DNA of 64,000 nt from the NCBI GenBank assembly GCA_951406725.2, contig OX597834.1:16864001-16928000 (forward strand), in the 5' to 3' direction. The position numbers and the translations under genes were made by a program. Of the stretch, positions 12,660 through 25,084 are shown in pieces. A model generated the notes under the pieces. It saw only the letters and a program-made list of their open reading frames with translations. It did no database searches and was not told where the DNA came from. Positions within the stretch are counted from its first letter, which is position 1. Every line of letters starts with the position of its first letter. Source of the DNA: Octopus vulgaris. Its lineage: Eukaryota.

Positions 12660-13580
12660 GTAGTATGATACATAAAGCTGTTAAAGCTGTGCCGACAGGA
12701 AAACTCTCGGTAAACAGGAGATACTGCTGAGATGCTTTAACTATGTGGTAGAGTAAGATATCGTCTTGTCACCTGTATAGTCAATTGGCCTATTGAAGAG
12801 GGCTCATTTCCAGTGACTGGTGTAGTGGTATTATAATCCGTTGTGACTAGGATAAGGGAGATGCCTAAGGAAGAAGTAATTATAGAGGCATTAAATTACT
12901 GGAACAGGTGATGAAAGTTACAGAGAGAGTTAGATTTGTCTCTCACTCCTTATATAAATTAAGTAGAAAATTAACATGTGGAATTATATATTCCATATAC
13001 AGAATTCCGAATATGATTAATCAGCCTAGTTGAAATGCAGTTTGGCCTTGTGCCAGGGAGAAGCACTACTGATGCTATTGTCATAGACAACTGCAAGAGA
13101 AGTATCTAGTTAAGAAGAAGCATACTTGGCATTTGTTTGAGAAAGCCTTCAACAGAGTACTTTGCTCTGTGGTATGGTGGTCTCTGAGGAAGCTAGGGGT
13201 TGATTAATGACTCAGTTCTCAGCATTTTCATATTCATCATCCTCCAGGACATTAGTGGGTAATTTAAGACCGGCAGCTTATGGGAACTACTATATGTTGA
13301 TGATCTTGCTCATAGGGCAGAATCTGTAACTGAACTAAAAAAAATTCTAGGTTTGGAGGCAAGACTTGGAATCAATAAGTCTTAAAGTTAACAAAGACCA
13401 AGGTTCTAGTAAGTAGAAAACAGATAGGACCCTACCCACTTCCAGTAAGTAGCACCAGTTGATGTGTAGGCAGGATTTCATTCAGTGTACCCAGTGCAAG
13501 CTATTGATACAAGAGGTACAGTGGTGTCACAGAAAGGTTAACAGAGGAAGTAGCGTTTGTGTGTGGAAGATGAACAGGAG
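12660..13580 (+). mobile_element. Decayed RTE-clade LINE reverse transcriptase
   Basis: EMQFGLVPGRSTTDAI (~13032-13080) and WELLYVDDLA (~13280-13310, YADD-type motif); many stops and indels. Confidence 0.7.
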
Positions 13581-13619
13581 CAATAAAGTTTGGGAAATTA
13601 GTGTGGAGCAACTCTTTGT

Positions 13620-14330
13620 ATCCTGAACCACAGTTTTGCCAGATGTCCTAGGGTGCTTGGGAGAAGGCTGACACAGGTGGAGTCGTGGCAAGATCCTTGC
13701 AGAAATCGTCTGCCAATAAGCACCAGTCAGTACCAACAAAGAATATCAAATTATCAAAGGAAGGTGACAAAGCTCCCAAGATGAAAATAATGGTAGGGGG
13801 CTTGTTTTCTGTTTTGCCTTTAGCTTCAGAGTAGGAGATGCAAGTGGACCTGAAGAGCAGACTTGTCTTCCTAGAGGAGATAGTGGTAACATCACTCAGA
13901 CCAGACATTCCTGCTCTCCAGGAGTACAAAAACAATTATCAAGGTCACACTCTCTGTATCCTGGGAGGACAGACACAATACTTCCCACCAGGTAAAGAAA
14001 AACTAAATATCAGGACTCAGTTGATTTGGCCCTTTTCAAGGGGATAGGAATGTAGTCTCATTCCCCCATTGAAGTCAGCTTCTGCTGCTTTATAGCTTGG
14101 TCAGTGTGCTGTTTCCTTCTGAAGAATGCTCTGGAATGAAGACAACTGAAGAAAGCTATGGAGATAGCACAACTAAAACAAGCTCAAGGTGGCTACAGTT
14201 GATGAGAGACTGCAAGTGGAAACCTTCTACAGAAGAAGGTTAGTTCTGTCATCGCTGTCTAACCCAGGCGAAGCATACAGGCTAAAGAGTGAAACGGTAA
14301 TGACCCTGAGATACCTGCTGATGATATGGA
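13620..14330 (+). mobile_element. Decayed 3' end of an RLE-endonuclease (R2/Hero-like) non-LTR element
   Basis: QVDLKSRLVFLEEIVVTSLRPDI (13841-13910) and PIEV (~14065) resemble the PD-(D/E)xK endonuclease region of Hero-type elements. Confidence 0.5.
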
Positions 14331-14394
14331 ACGGTTTCCATTACTGTGATGGAATCAGAATAGCTTATGCAGTTTCTGTGGAGTGAAAAGCATT

Positions 14395-15025
14395 TGCCTG
14401 GCTTCCGTGCCGGTGGCACGTAAAAAGCACCAACCGATCGTGGCCGATGCCAGCCTCCCCTGGCCCCTGTGCCGGTGGCACGTAAAAACCACCCACTACA
14501 TTCATGGAGTGGTTGGCATTAGGAAGGGCATCCAGCTGTAGAAACACTGCCAGATCAAACTGGAGCCTGGTGCAGCTTCCTGGCTTCCCAGACCCCAGTC
14601 GAACTGTCCAACCCACGCTAGCATGGAAAACGGACGTTAAACGATGATGATGATATATATATATGATGATATATATATATATGATGATATATATATATCG
14701 TCATATATATATATCATCATCATCGTTTAACGTCCGTTTCCATGCTAGCGTGGGTTGGACAGTTTGACTGGGGTCTGGGAAGCCAGGAAGCTGCACCAGG
14801 CTCCCGTCTGATCTGGCAGTGTTTCTACAGCTGGATGCCCTTCCTAATGCCAACCACTCCATGAGTGTAGTGGGTGATTTTTACGTGCCACCGGCACAGG
14901 TGCCAGGGGAGGCTGGCATCGGCCACGATCGGTTGGTGCTTTTTACGTGTCACCGGCACGGAAGCCAGTCAGGGCGGCGCTGGCATCAGCCACGTTCGGA
15001 TGGTGTTTTTTACATGCCACCGTCA
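14395..15025. repeat. Tail-to-tail inverted pair of SINE E copies
   Basis: 14395-14653 (+) and 14714-14965 (-) are near-complementary; spacer is (GAT)/(AT)/(ATC) low-complexity sequence. Confidence 0.85.
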
Positions 15026-15349
15026 CAAGACCCCCTTCGGTCATAAATGATCATGGGATTGCACCTATAAAGTTACCCACCGAGGCACAAGTCTGCGCAA
15101 GGTTGTTTGTGGAAGACCAGCAGTGACCCTCTCCATATCACCGATGTTATCCAAGGAAAAGGCAAAAGTTGATACAGTTTGGCAATAGTGACGTCGCAAT
15201 TCATTTCTACAGCTGAGTGAACTGGAGCAACGCAAAATAAAGTGTCTTGCTCAAGAGCCCAACACACTGCCCGCTCCGAGAATCGAGATCACTACACGCG
15301 CGCACACACACTTGCGTACCTCATTTTCACATGAGCAGACGCTACTTTC

Positions 15350-15490
15350 AATTCACATTTCACACAGCGCATGTGCAACCGGATATAATCTCCCGCCACC
15401 ACCTTGAACTATTCTCCTCTCGTGTTGACATTGATATCACTTCTGAAAACAATAATTTAACTTCGAAAGAAATCTGAATTTATTGACGGT
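15350..15490 (+). promoter_or_regulatory. Candidate promoter and first non-coding exon of ZNF gene 2
   Basis: GCGCATGTGCA at 15367-15377; donor ACG|GTAAAG at 15489; homology with 7140-7260. Confidence 0.5.
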
Positions 15491-15837
15491 AAAGTACTCA
15501 TATTTATACCGTACATGTATCTGTTTACTAACAACCTAGATCACTATCAATGACTAAATAATTACTGTGATTTATACGAGATATTTGTTCTTAATGTTCT
15601 CTTCATTCAATCGTTTTTCTTTTCTTTTCACTTTCATTAATCTAACTTTTGGTAAATGTGAAGAATTACGGCGTAATTTCGAAGATATGAAGAATGTATA
15701 AAGCATGACGTTTTACTTGAAACGAAATGGAAACATTGTTTACTACAGTCAAGATATTGCAGTGATGACAAACAAGTCTATAATTTCTGATACAGTTATG
15801 CATTAATGCATCTTAAAATTAATATATATCTCCCTTC

Positions 15838-16272
15838 TATCTATCTATCTATCTATCCGCTCAGTCGACGTCGACTCTCGGTTATTCGATGGATCAGTGT
15901 CCTCCAGTCAGTTCTATCCTGGGCCGCTTCTTTCAGACTGGCTACTTCCATTCCGGTATCACTCTTGATGGTGTCAAGCCAGCGGGTTCTTGGTCGGCCT
16001 TTTCCTCTCTTGCCACTGACCATTCCGAGCATGATGTCCTTCTCCAGGGATTTTCTCCACATTATATGACCGAAATATGCCAATCTATGCTTGGTGATCC
16101 TAGCTTCTAGCGACATTTTCGGCCTGATCTGCTTAAGAACTTTTCTCCATTGGTGAGCCTCGCTGTCCATGGAATCCGTAAAAGTCTTCTCCAACACCAA
16201 AGCTCGAATGCATTAATTCTCTTCTGGTGAGCTTTCTTTAGTGTCCAGGTCTCGCATCCATATGTTGCTGCC
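15838..16272 (-). mobile_element. 3' end of RTE (BovB-like) LINE
   Basis: YGCETWTLKK...AFELWCWRRLLRIPWTAR, then after a frameshift RLAYFGHIM...SLEKDIMLGMVSGKRGKGRPRTRWLD...WRTLIHRITESRRRL; (TAGA)n tail. Confidence 0.9.
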
Positions 16273-16655
16273 TTACTCTTTACTCTTTTACTTGTTTCAG
16301 TCATTTGACTGCGGCCATGCTGGAGCACCACCTTTTAGTCGAGCAAATCGACCCCGGGACTTATTCTTTGTAAGCCCAGTACTTATTCTATCGGTCTCTT
16401 TTGCCGAACCGCTAAGTGACGGGGATGTAAACACACCAGCATCGGTTGTCAAGCAATGCTAGGGGGACAAACACAGACACACATACATATATTTATACAT
16501 ATATACGACGGGCTTCTTTTCAGTTTCCGTCTACCAAATCCACTCACAAGGCATTGGTCGGCCCGGGGCTATAGCAGAAGACACTTGCCCAAGATGCCAC
16601 GCAGTGGGACTGAACCCGGAACCATGTGGTTGGTTAGCAAGCTACTTACCACACC
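16273..16655 (-). mobile_element. SINE family A abutting the RTE fragment
   Basis: Near full-length copy; its tail joins the RTE 5' truncation point directly. Confidence 0.85.
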
Positions 16656-17067
16656 TATATTTAAATAATTACTTGTTACCTAAATTGTTTTCTGTCTCCC
16701 GTAATACACATTCTTTTACAATACAGTTATTACTAACAATTAAACGTTCGTCGTTACGTGGTAAAATTGTTTTTTCCTGATTTCTTTTCAAAATGGAAAC
16801 GAAATATGTTTATTCTGAAGAGTAAATATTTTCATTTCAAAAGCACGTGTATTGCGAAGATGTTAAAATACGTTAAAGCAACTTACACGTTTTTGATTTA
16901 TAAACAGAGTTAAAGGAAATCGTAAGTGCAGATTGAATAATTTGTATGATTTAGGAGAAATAACGGATATTGTTATGTCTGCAACGATGTTCTGCTCAGT
17001 GAGACCTGACCTGGGGTTAAAGAATAATCGCCTGACAATGAACTATCTTGCTGGATAAAATTACAAA

Positions 17068-18310
17068 GTAACACCCGCACGATTTTCACTAAGAAAAAAC
17101 ATTTTTTTGCGTGGAATCAAGTACCCTGATCTCGTAATATGCTGTAAATGCCATATTTTGGTTCGGAATTAGTCCGGAATGGGGGCAGCCCCTCTCCCCC
17201 GGAATTTTCACAAAAAAAAACCTCTGATTTTTTTGCGTGGAATCAAGTACCCTGACCTCGTAATATGCTGCAAATCCCATATTTTAGTTCGGAATTGGTC
17301 CGGAAGGGGGGCAGCCCCTCTCCCCCGGAATTTTCACTAAATTCGTATTTTTTGCGTGGAATCAAGTACTCTGACCTCCTTACTGCAAATCCCTTATTTT
17401 GGTTCGTAAAAGGGGGTGGCGAATTGGATTTTTTTTTTTCGTTGAATGAATTCCTGTGACATGCTAACATAACCGATCCCAACAAGGTAGAAAACCCTTT
17501 TTGCGGTTCGAAAAATGGAGTGGGGTGAGCTGGAAGCCTCGGAAGTTTCACCCACTCACAATATTATACAGAAATAAAATTTCCAGGGTGTGAATTACAT
17601 GGTTCGTTATTAAACATATATAGAAATTGTGTATATTTGGTGTATATATATATATACATATATATAATATCGTGTGTGTAGACAGGTAAAATGTAGACAT
17701 ATATATAGATATATAATTATTTCTTTTTTTTTAACACAAACCCCCGTTTTCGGTTACGGAGAATACGAATCTGCTAGGGTTTGAGGGTTAGGTTTAGGGG
17801 ATAGGGAAAATGTCAAAAAGGAATGGTGGTGGTGGAGGGCAAATTTGAAAATGCCGATTTTTGGCAAAAACAAAAATTAAAATAAAAAAATTGGGGAGGA
17901 AGTCTTTCCAATAGCGTGCACGTGTATACAGACAGGTAAAAATTTACTTACCCTTTTGCTGTCAAAAAGATGGATCCATTCTGAACAAAATCCACTCTAA
18001 ACTAGCTAGTTCAATTGAGTGTTTTACGAAAAAAAAAAAAAAAACTCGTTCGCGCCCAGGTGGAGGCGGAGTGGGGAGACAGATGAACGATGTCTCATTC
18101 TCTGCTATATATAATGAGCCATTTCTTAAACATACACGATATAGTCTATAAATTTGGGATGTTTTTGAAAGATAATATATTTTATCATCAGAATATATAT
18201 ACATTCTCACACTACAATTAAGATATATTTATTTTAAATCGTTCATCTTTTTCCCCCCACCTCCATACCCAAAAATTAGTTTGGGCGCGGAAAATTTTTG
18301 TTTAAAGCCC
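17068..18310. repeat. ~1.25-kb unclassified insertion in ZNF gene 2 intron with three ~120-bp tandem units
   Basis: TTTTTTGCGTGGAATCAAGTAC at ~17103, 17229, 17348; homology to ZNF gene 1 intron stops at ~17065 and resumes at ~18315. Confidence 0.6.
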
Positions 18311-18892
18311 TATGTCCACTATTTTATAGTTTTGCATAAATAATGATAGCGTTACTGTAGTCTGTGATATATAGACCTCTCGTGAGGTTGTTTGATGTAA
18401 TTTTAATAACAAATTTAAAGTTCAGATGACGACGTAAATGTTTATATTAAGTTTTTCAATATGAAAATGTAACAAATTTTCCATCATTGAATCTACTTTT
18501 TAGTATCCCTCCATCTTATACCGTTTCTCTATTATTTCAGAAATATCAGATGACGTGGGCATAAAAGTATTGCTTACTTCAAATGTGTGGTCGATATTTA
18601 TCATCTTTTAAAAAGGAAGTTGTTCCACAGAATGGATATCATTCTGTTTCTATAAATTTGTGATAAAGTGGAGAATGTTTGTTGTGATTTGAGATCATTT
18701 GCAAAATTCTTCTACTTCTATGCCTGGAATATCTTCAGGAGTTGGTTGTTTTGTAATTAACCATGGAGAAATTTTCACAGGAGTTTGCAATATCTTCAGC
18801 CATCAATAAAGATCACGTTTTATGGAATTATAGCAGTAGAAATAATTGTAAAGAAAATACAGGAGAAACGAAGTTGTCAAAGAGGAATAATT

Positions 18893-20497
18893 ATGGAAAA
18901 TGAATTCTGTGAGGAGTCAATTCAAATTAAAACAGAAACTGAAAGCATTGATTATCCTAATGAGATGCAGAAAGAGAGAGAAGGAACATCATATACCTGT
19001 GATATCTGTAAAAAGTTATTCACTCATAAAAGCCACCTAACTGATCACAAACGTATTCATGCAGGAGAAAAACCATATCGTTGTGATATCTGTGGTAAAC
19101 CATTCTCTGCAAGTGGTGCCTTAAACACTCACAAACGCATTCACACAGGAGAGACACCATATCACTGTGATATCTGTGGTAAATCCTTTTCTGTAAATGG
19201 TAACTTAAATGCTCACAAACGTATTCATACAGGAAAGAAACCTTATCATTGTGATACCTGCGGCAAATCATTTTTTGACAGTCACACTTTAAATAATCAC
19301 AAACATATTCATACAAGAGAGAAACCATATCACTGTGATATTTGTGGTAAATCCTTCCCAGATAAAAGTAAATTAAGGAGACACATATACATTCATACAG
19401 GAGAAAAACCCTATTGCTGTAACATCTGTGGTAAATCGTTCTGTCAAAATGTTGACTTAAATAAGCACATACGAATTCATACAGGAGAAAAGCCATTTCA
19501 GTGTGATATTTGTGGTAAATCTTGTTCTAGAAGCAGTGACTTGATTATACATAAGCGTGTACATACAGGAGAAAAACCGTATCACTGTGATATCTGTGGT
19601 AAATCTTTCTCAGGAAGTAGTGCCTTACATATACACCGGCGTATTCATACAGGTGAGACTCCATATCACTGTGATATTTGTGGTAAATCATTTTCTGAAG
19701 GTGGTACCTTAACTAAGCATAAACGTGTTCATACTGGAGAGAAACCATATCACTGTGATATCTGTGGTAAAACATTCTCCAATAGGGGAAATATAAATGG
19801 ACACAAACGTATCCATACAGGAGAAAAACCATATAAGTGTGATATTTGTGGTCAGTCATTCTCTGGGAACAGATATTTAACTGAACACAAACGTCTCCAT
19901 ACAGGAGAAAGGCCATTTCACTGTGATCTCTGTGGTCAATCATTCTCTGTGAATAGACATTTAGCCAAACACAAATGCATCCATTCGGGAGAAAAATCAT
20001 ATCAGTGCGACATCTGTGAGAAATCATTCTCTACCAATAGATACTTAACTAAACACAAATATATTCATACAGGAGAGGGACCAAATCCTCATGACTTTTG
20101 TAACAAATCATTTTCCCATGGTAAAGCTTTAATTATACGCAAACACGTTGATACAAGTGAGAAACTATATCAGTGTGATATCTGCGGTAAATCATTTTCT
20201 CAACAATATTTAACTATACACAAACGCACTCATACAGGTGAGAAGCCATATCTCTGTGTTATCTGCGGGAAATCTTTCTCTCAAAACGTTCACTTAACTC
20301 TACACAAACGCACTCATACAGGTGAGAAGCCTTATCACTGTGACATATGTGGAAAATCTTTCTCTCAAAGAAGTACCTTGTCTAATCACAAATATGTTCA
20401 CAGAGCAGAAAAGCTCTACCTTTGTGACACCTGTGGGAAATCATTCGCCAGAAGTTTTCAACTAACTAGACACAAGCGTCTTCATACAGAGGAGTAG
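18893..20497 (+). CDS. Tandem C2H2 zinc-finger protein, 534 aa, 18 finger repeats (one degenerate, one shortened)
   Basis: ATG 18893 (MENEFCEES) aligns with the gene 1 start; acceptor ATTATTTCAG at 18540; TGEKP-linked fingers. Confidence 0.93.
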   Translation: MENEFCEESIQIKTETESIDYPNEMQKEREGTSYTCDICKKLFTHKSHLTDHKRIHAGEKPYRCDICGKPFSASGALNTHKRIHTGETPYHCDICGKSFSVNGNLNAHKRIHTGKKPYHCDTCGKSFFDSHTLNNHKHIHTREKPYHCDICGKSFPDKSKLRRHIYIHTGEKPYCCNICGKSFCQNVDLNKHIRIHTGEKPFQCDICGKSCSRSSDLIIHKRVHTGEKPYHCDICGKSFSGSSALHIHRRIHTGETPYHCDICGKSFSEGGTLTKHKRVHTGEKPYHCDICGKTFSNRGNINGHKRIHTGEKPYKCDICGQSFSGNRYLTEHKRLHTGERPFHCDLCGQSFSVNRHLAKHKCIHSGEKSYQCDICEKSFSTNRYLTKHKYIHTGEGPNPHDFCNKSFSHGKALIIRKHVDTSEKLYQCDICGKSFSQQYLTIHKRTHTGEKPYLCVICGKSFSQNVHLTLHKRTHTGEKPYHCDICGKSFSQRSTLSNHKYVHRAEKLYLCDTCGKSFARSFQLTRHKRLHTEE

Positions 20498-21895
20498 CCC
20501 ACAAGACAAAATGCTTAGTGGTATTTCATCTACCTTGGTGTTCTGGGTTCAAACTCTGCCATGCTTGACTTCCATCCTTTCAGGGTCTATTACAGTAAGC
20601 ACCAGTCAAGTACTGGACTTCATGAAATCAAACTGTTCCCCTCCCACAAAATGTCAGGCCTTGCACATATAGTCGAAAGGATATATTTTGGCAACTCCAT
20701 CTCTGGAATGGGTGGCTTCACATCACTCAGACTGATTTATAGAGAAGAGAAGCCATTTCAAGGTATTTCTGGTAAATGACTTTCTGCTGGAAGTCACTAA
20801 ACAAGACAGAAACACATTAAAATGAGAGAGAAGCAGAAGATAAACAGAACACTAAGTATCCAAAGAATAGTCCCTTCATCATCATCATTTACCCTCCGTT
20901 TTTCATGCTGGCATGGGTTGGACAGCTTAACAGGAGCAGCAAGCCAGAGGACTGTACCAAGCTCCACTATCTACACACACAGACACTTGTTTTTGTTTAC
21001 ATCTCCCAAACCAACTCACGTGACTTTGCTCAGCTGGAGCTATTGTAAAAGACACTTGGTGATGGTGCCAAGCTTGGGACTAAATCCAAGAACACGGTTC
21101 AGAAGCGAGCTTCTCAACCAGATGACTATGTCTGTGCCTGTTCCTCTACACTTACACACACACATATATTTAATCATCATCATTTCAGCAACCACTTTTC
21201 CATGCTTGCATGGCTCAGAGGAGCATATGTCAGGACACAGGTCTCCATGGCTTGAAGGACTTCCTGTTGTCCACTGCAGTTCTTTCCAAGCGAGGTAATA
21301 ATTTTCTATTCTGTTGAATAACAAACTTGAGAGAACCTAAAACAAACGACACTGTATGGATGAGCTTTTTGTTTATAGTGATGGTGCAACGTGTTAAGAC
21401 ATATTAAGAAGCGTGGACAATACTTTCACAGTGGACTGCAAGCAAACCAGCTCCATCAGAGAAGCCAGTGTTCACAATCAGCAAACATACATAAAAACAA
21501 AGGCAATATTATAAATGCATGCACTTCTGTATCTTATCTTTAATGTCAATTTTTCCATGCTTTTATGGGTCAGATAGAATTTATAGAGGCAGCTTTCTAT
21601 CCCTTCTGTTGCTTACTCACCTGTTTACAAGCATTTTTTTTTTCCATTTCTGCTTCCTCAGGTGGAGACATTTACAAGTAAAGAAACCCCAAGAAATTTT
21701 TTGTTTTTTGTTTGTTTAAATTTTTATTTCATTTTTTTTTTTTTTGGTGCAGCCATCTGGTTCGCCAGTCCTCAGTCAAATCGTCCAACCCATGCTAGCA
21801 TGGAAAGTGGACGTCAAACGATGATGACAATGATGATGATATGAAACTATTGCTTCTGTTCGGTTTTTTTTTCTCTCTCTCCAAGTTGATAGTCT

Positions 21896-22866
21896 TTAAC
21901 CCTTTAGCATTCACATAATTCTATCAAATGTAATGCTTATTTTTTTTCTCATTATTCAATTAATCAGCTTTATTTTGTAGCTTTGAGATTTTGATGAGGT
22001 AACTGTTAATTTTTAGAATGATATTGTGAGGTTGGTGTGAGAGGCTAGATCAAGCCAGTTTGAGCAGAAAGCAGATGGAATATTTTAATATAATATATAT
22101 AATGAAATTATTGCATACACTGCTCAGGTGCACCACAACTTGTCAGAAAGTGCATATAGAGTATATGCAGTAATGTACAAATGTCTGGAAAGTGAACAAT
22201 GCATGAGTCAGATACATGCTTGTGTGTGTATGGAGGGAGAAAATCAGGTGTAGTGTTGGCGAATCTCAGAAAGCATGGAAGTTTTGAAGGATGCAGTGCT
22301 CCGACAACTAACAACTGATGCCGGCAGTTTGTTCCATGCTTCAGCAACTCTCAGCGGGAAAAAATGTTTCCTAAAGTCATGGGAGCTGTGCTGTTTTCTG
22401 ACTTTGTAAATATGTCCATGGGTGTTAGATGGGTGGAGTTTGAAAAGGTGCTCAGAGTTATTGTTTGTACGATGGTTGATAATTTTATGGGTGTCTGCCA
22501 AGTCAGCTGCCAGACGTCAGAGTTTCAATGTGTCCATGCCCAGGGAAGTAAGGCGTTCAGAATATGGCAAATGCCTGATGGAGGGTATTCTTTTGGTTGC
22601 ACGTCGCTGAACGGCTTCCAGATGATTGATATCCTGGGCAAGATAGGGGTTCCAGACCGGTGATGCGAATTCCAGGTGAGGTCTTACCATAGCTATATAA
22701 AGCCACAGATAGATAGCCGGAGAGCGGCTCACAAAGGATTTGGTGAGTGATGCCAAGACACCCTCAGCCTTCTTGACAATTTTAGCGATGTGTTTTGTCC
22801 AACGCAAATCACTGTCGACGACAACACCCAGGCTGGATATGGCCGGTTTAAATGCTAAAGGGTTAA
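21896..22866. mobile_element. TTAA-flanked MITE (piggyBac/Kolobok-like) split by a CR1 insertion
   Basis: TTAA-CCCTTTAGCATT at ~21896 and AATGCTAAAGGG-TTAA at ~22851-22866; related copies at ~23349-23607 and ~52973-53185. Confidence 0.65.
22105..22830 (-). mobile_element. 3' end of CR1-type LINE
   Basis: LGVVVDSDLRWTKHI...VRPHLEFASPVWNPY...LEAVQRRATK...YSERL and RKHFFPLRVAEAWNKLP. Confidence 0.88.
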
Positions 22867-24538
22867 ATAATACTCATTTAGAAATATTATACAAATGTAA
22901 TGATGGTTATTGTGTTACTGCCAAAAGAAAACAAATATTACAGCAATATTACAATACAGATTATTTGGATAGAGAGACAATAAATGATTTATGCAAGAGC
23001 TATAAGAATGATAGATGCAATATTAATAGGAAAATTAGGGCGGCAAGCTGGCTGATTTGTTAGTATGCCAGGCAGAATGCTTTGTGGCATTTCATCAATC
23101 TTCACATTCTGAATTTCTGGCCATGTGCCAATATTTGAAACCATTATTAACAACTATATTTCTGGGAAGAAGGGAAGGCTGATAGTTAGGTAGTTGTTTC
23201 TATGTTTGAATAATAATATTTGTATATGATATCCTATGTATCATCTGAATTACAAATGCAAAAAAAAAAACATGGAATAACAAAAATGAATATATAAATT
23301 ATTTCATTAAACAATTGCTGAAAAGAACGTTTTTCAGAATTTTTTTTTTTAACCTTTTTTGCATTCAGATTATTCTCTCAAATGTCATGCTTATTTTTAT
23401 TTATCCATATTGTTTCGAATTAATCATGCATTATCTTGTGGCTTCAAAATTATAACAATGTCATTTCAAGAATAACTTTGTCCAGAAAGCTGTGGAAGGC
23501 TGGATCTGGCCAGTTTGAACACGAAACAGGTTTGGGCTGGATATGGCCAGTTTGAACACGAAACAGGTTTGGGCTGGATATGGCCGGTTTAAATGCTAAA
23601 GGATTAAAGCCTGGTACTTATGTATATGTAAGGGTAAAGGGTAAAGACCCCCTTCAGTCACAAATGACTATGGGATTGCACGTTGAAAGCTCCGCTCTGA
23701 GGCACAAGTCCAGGCAAGATTGTTTATGGAAAACTAGCAGTCACCCATGCATATCAGCCCCCACACCTCTCCATGCCACTGATGTTGTCCAAAGGAAAGG
23801 CAGAGACTGATACAGCTTGGCACTAGTGACATCGCAACTCATTTCTACAGCTGAGTGAACTGGAGCAACTTGAAATAAAGTGTGCTGCTCAAGAACATAA
23901 CACACAGTCCAGTCCACGAATTGAACTTACTACCTCATGATTGTGATCCCAATGCTGTAACCACTGAGCTATATATGTGTATATTATACACTCACAAACG
24001 AATGTATGCATATAGCATATTTGTATAAGTGCATCTGTGTATAATTAACCCTATCATTAAATCACCTGCTTTTCATCCCCTGAGAACACTAATTCCTGCT
24101 TGGATCTGCTCACATTGGACTTAATGAAATCAATGTGCCTGTGACAAACCTCCCCAACAATTTATCTTACACTAGTCACTGCATTCCCCCCCTTTCTATC
24201 ACCCACTCTCCTTTTCCACTCCTGCAAGCTTACCTTAACACAATCTGCCCCTAACAAATCTCTCCCCCACAACATCTTCCTAACACTCAATCCCCCTGTC
24301 CACTCTGGTCAAATTTGTTAACCCATGCCAGCAAAGAAAGCCGATGTTAAATGGTGATCTATTTGTTTCGGTCATTTAACTGCAACCATGCTGGAGAATC
24401 TTTAGTCAAATGAGTTGTCCCTAGCCCCTTGCCCTCTGCTTTATTTTTGTGAATCTGCTACTTATGCTGTGGGTCTCTTTTGCCAAGGACATAAACACAC
24501 CAACATTGGTTGTCAAGTAGTGGTGGGGGTTCAAACAC

Positions 24539-24698
24539 AGGCATGTGGCTGTGTGGTAAGTAGCTTGTTTACCAACCACACAGTTCCGGATTCAGTCCCA
24601 CTGCGTGGCACCTTGGGCAAGTGTCTTCTACTATAGCCTCAGGCCGACCAAAGCCTTGTGAGTGGATTTGGTAGATGGAAACTGAAAGAAGCCTGTTG

Positions 24699-24733
<35 letters not shown>

Positions 24734-24950
24734 ATGTTTGTGTGTCTGTGTTTGTCTCCCCCCCCCCCAGCATCGCTTGACAACCGATGCTGGTATGTTT
24801 ACGTCCCCGTTACTTAGCGGTTCGGCAAAAGAGACCCCGATAGAATAAGTACTAGGTTTACAAAGAATAAGTCCTGGGGGCGATTTGCTCGACTAAGGCG
24901 GTACTCCAGCATGGCCTCAGTCAAATGACTGAAACAAGTAAAAGAGTAAA
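24539..24950 (+). mobile_element. SINE family A
   Basis: Full-length match to 8272-8670. Confidence 0.85.
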
Positions 24951-24959
24951 TAGTAAGTG

Positions 24960-24996
<37 letters not shown>

Positions 24997-25084
24997 TTGT
25001 ATATATATGTGATTATAAGGAAAAGTTTTTCTCCATTGCATAGACTTCGCTTTGAAGTGCTCCAGATATACAAACCTGAGGTGT

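Noticed and set aside
17775-17806. TTAGGG-like sequence (also ~49850-49875) as interstitial telomere
   Set aside because: Only a few degenerate units inside repeat-derived DNA
18785-18892. 36-aa N-terminal extension of ZNF gene 2 from the TTG start in the ORF track
   Set aside because: Eukaryotic gene; ATG 18893 aligns with the paralogue start, and the extension lies mostly in a copy-specific insertion
19020-20027. Antisense ORFs over the ZNF genes (also 9585-9776)
   Set aside because: Expected by-product of repetitive finger codon usage
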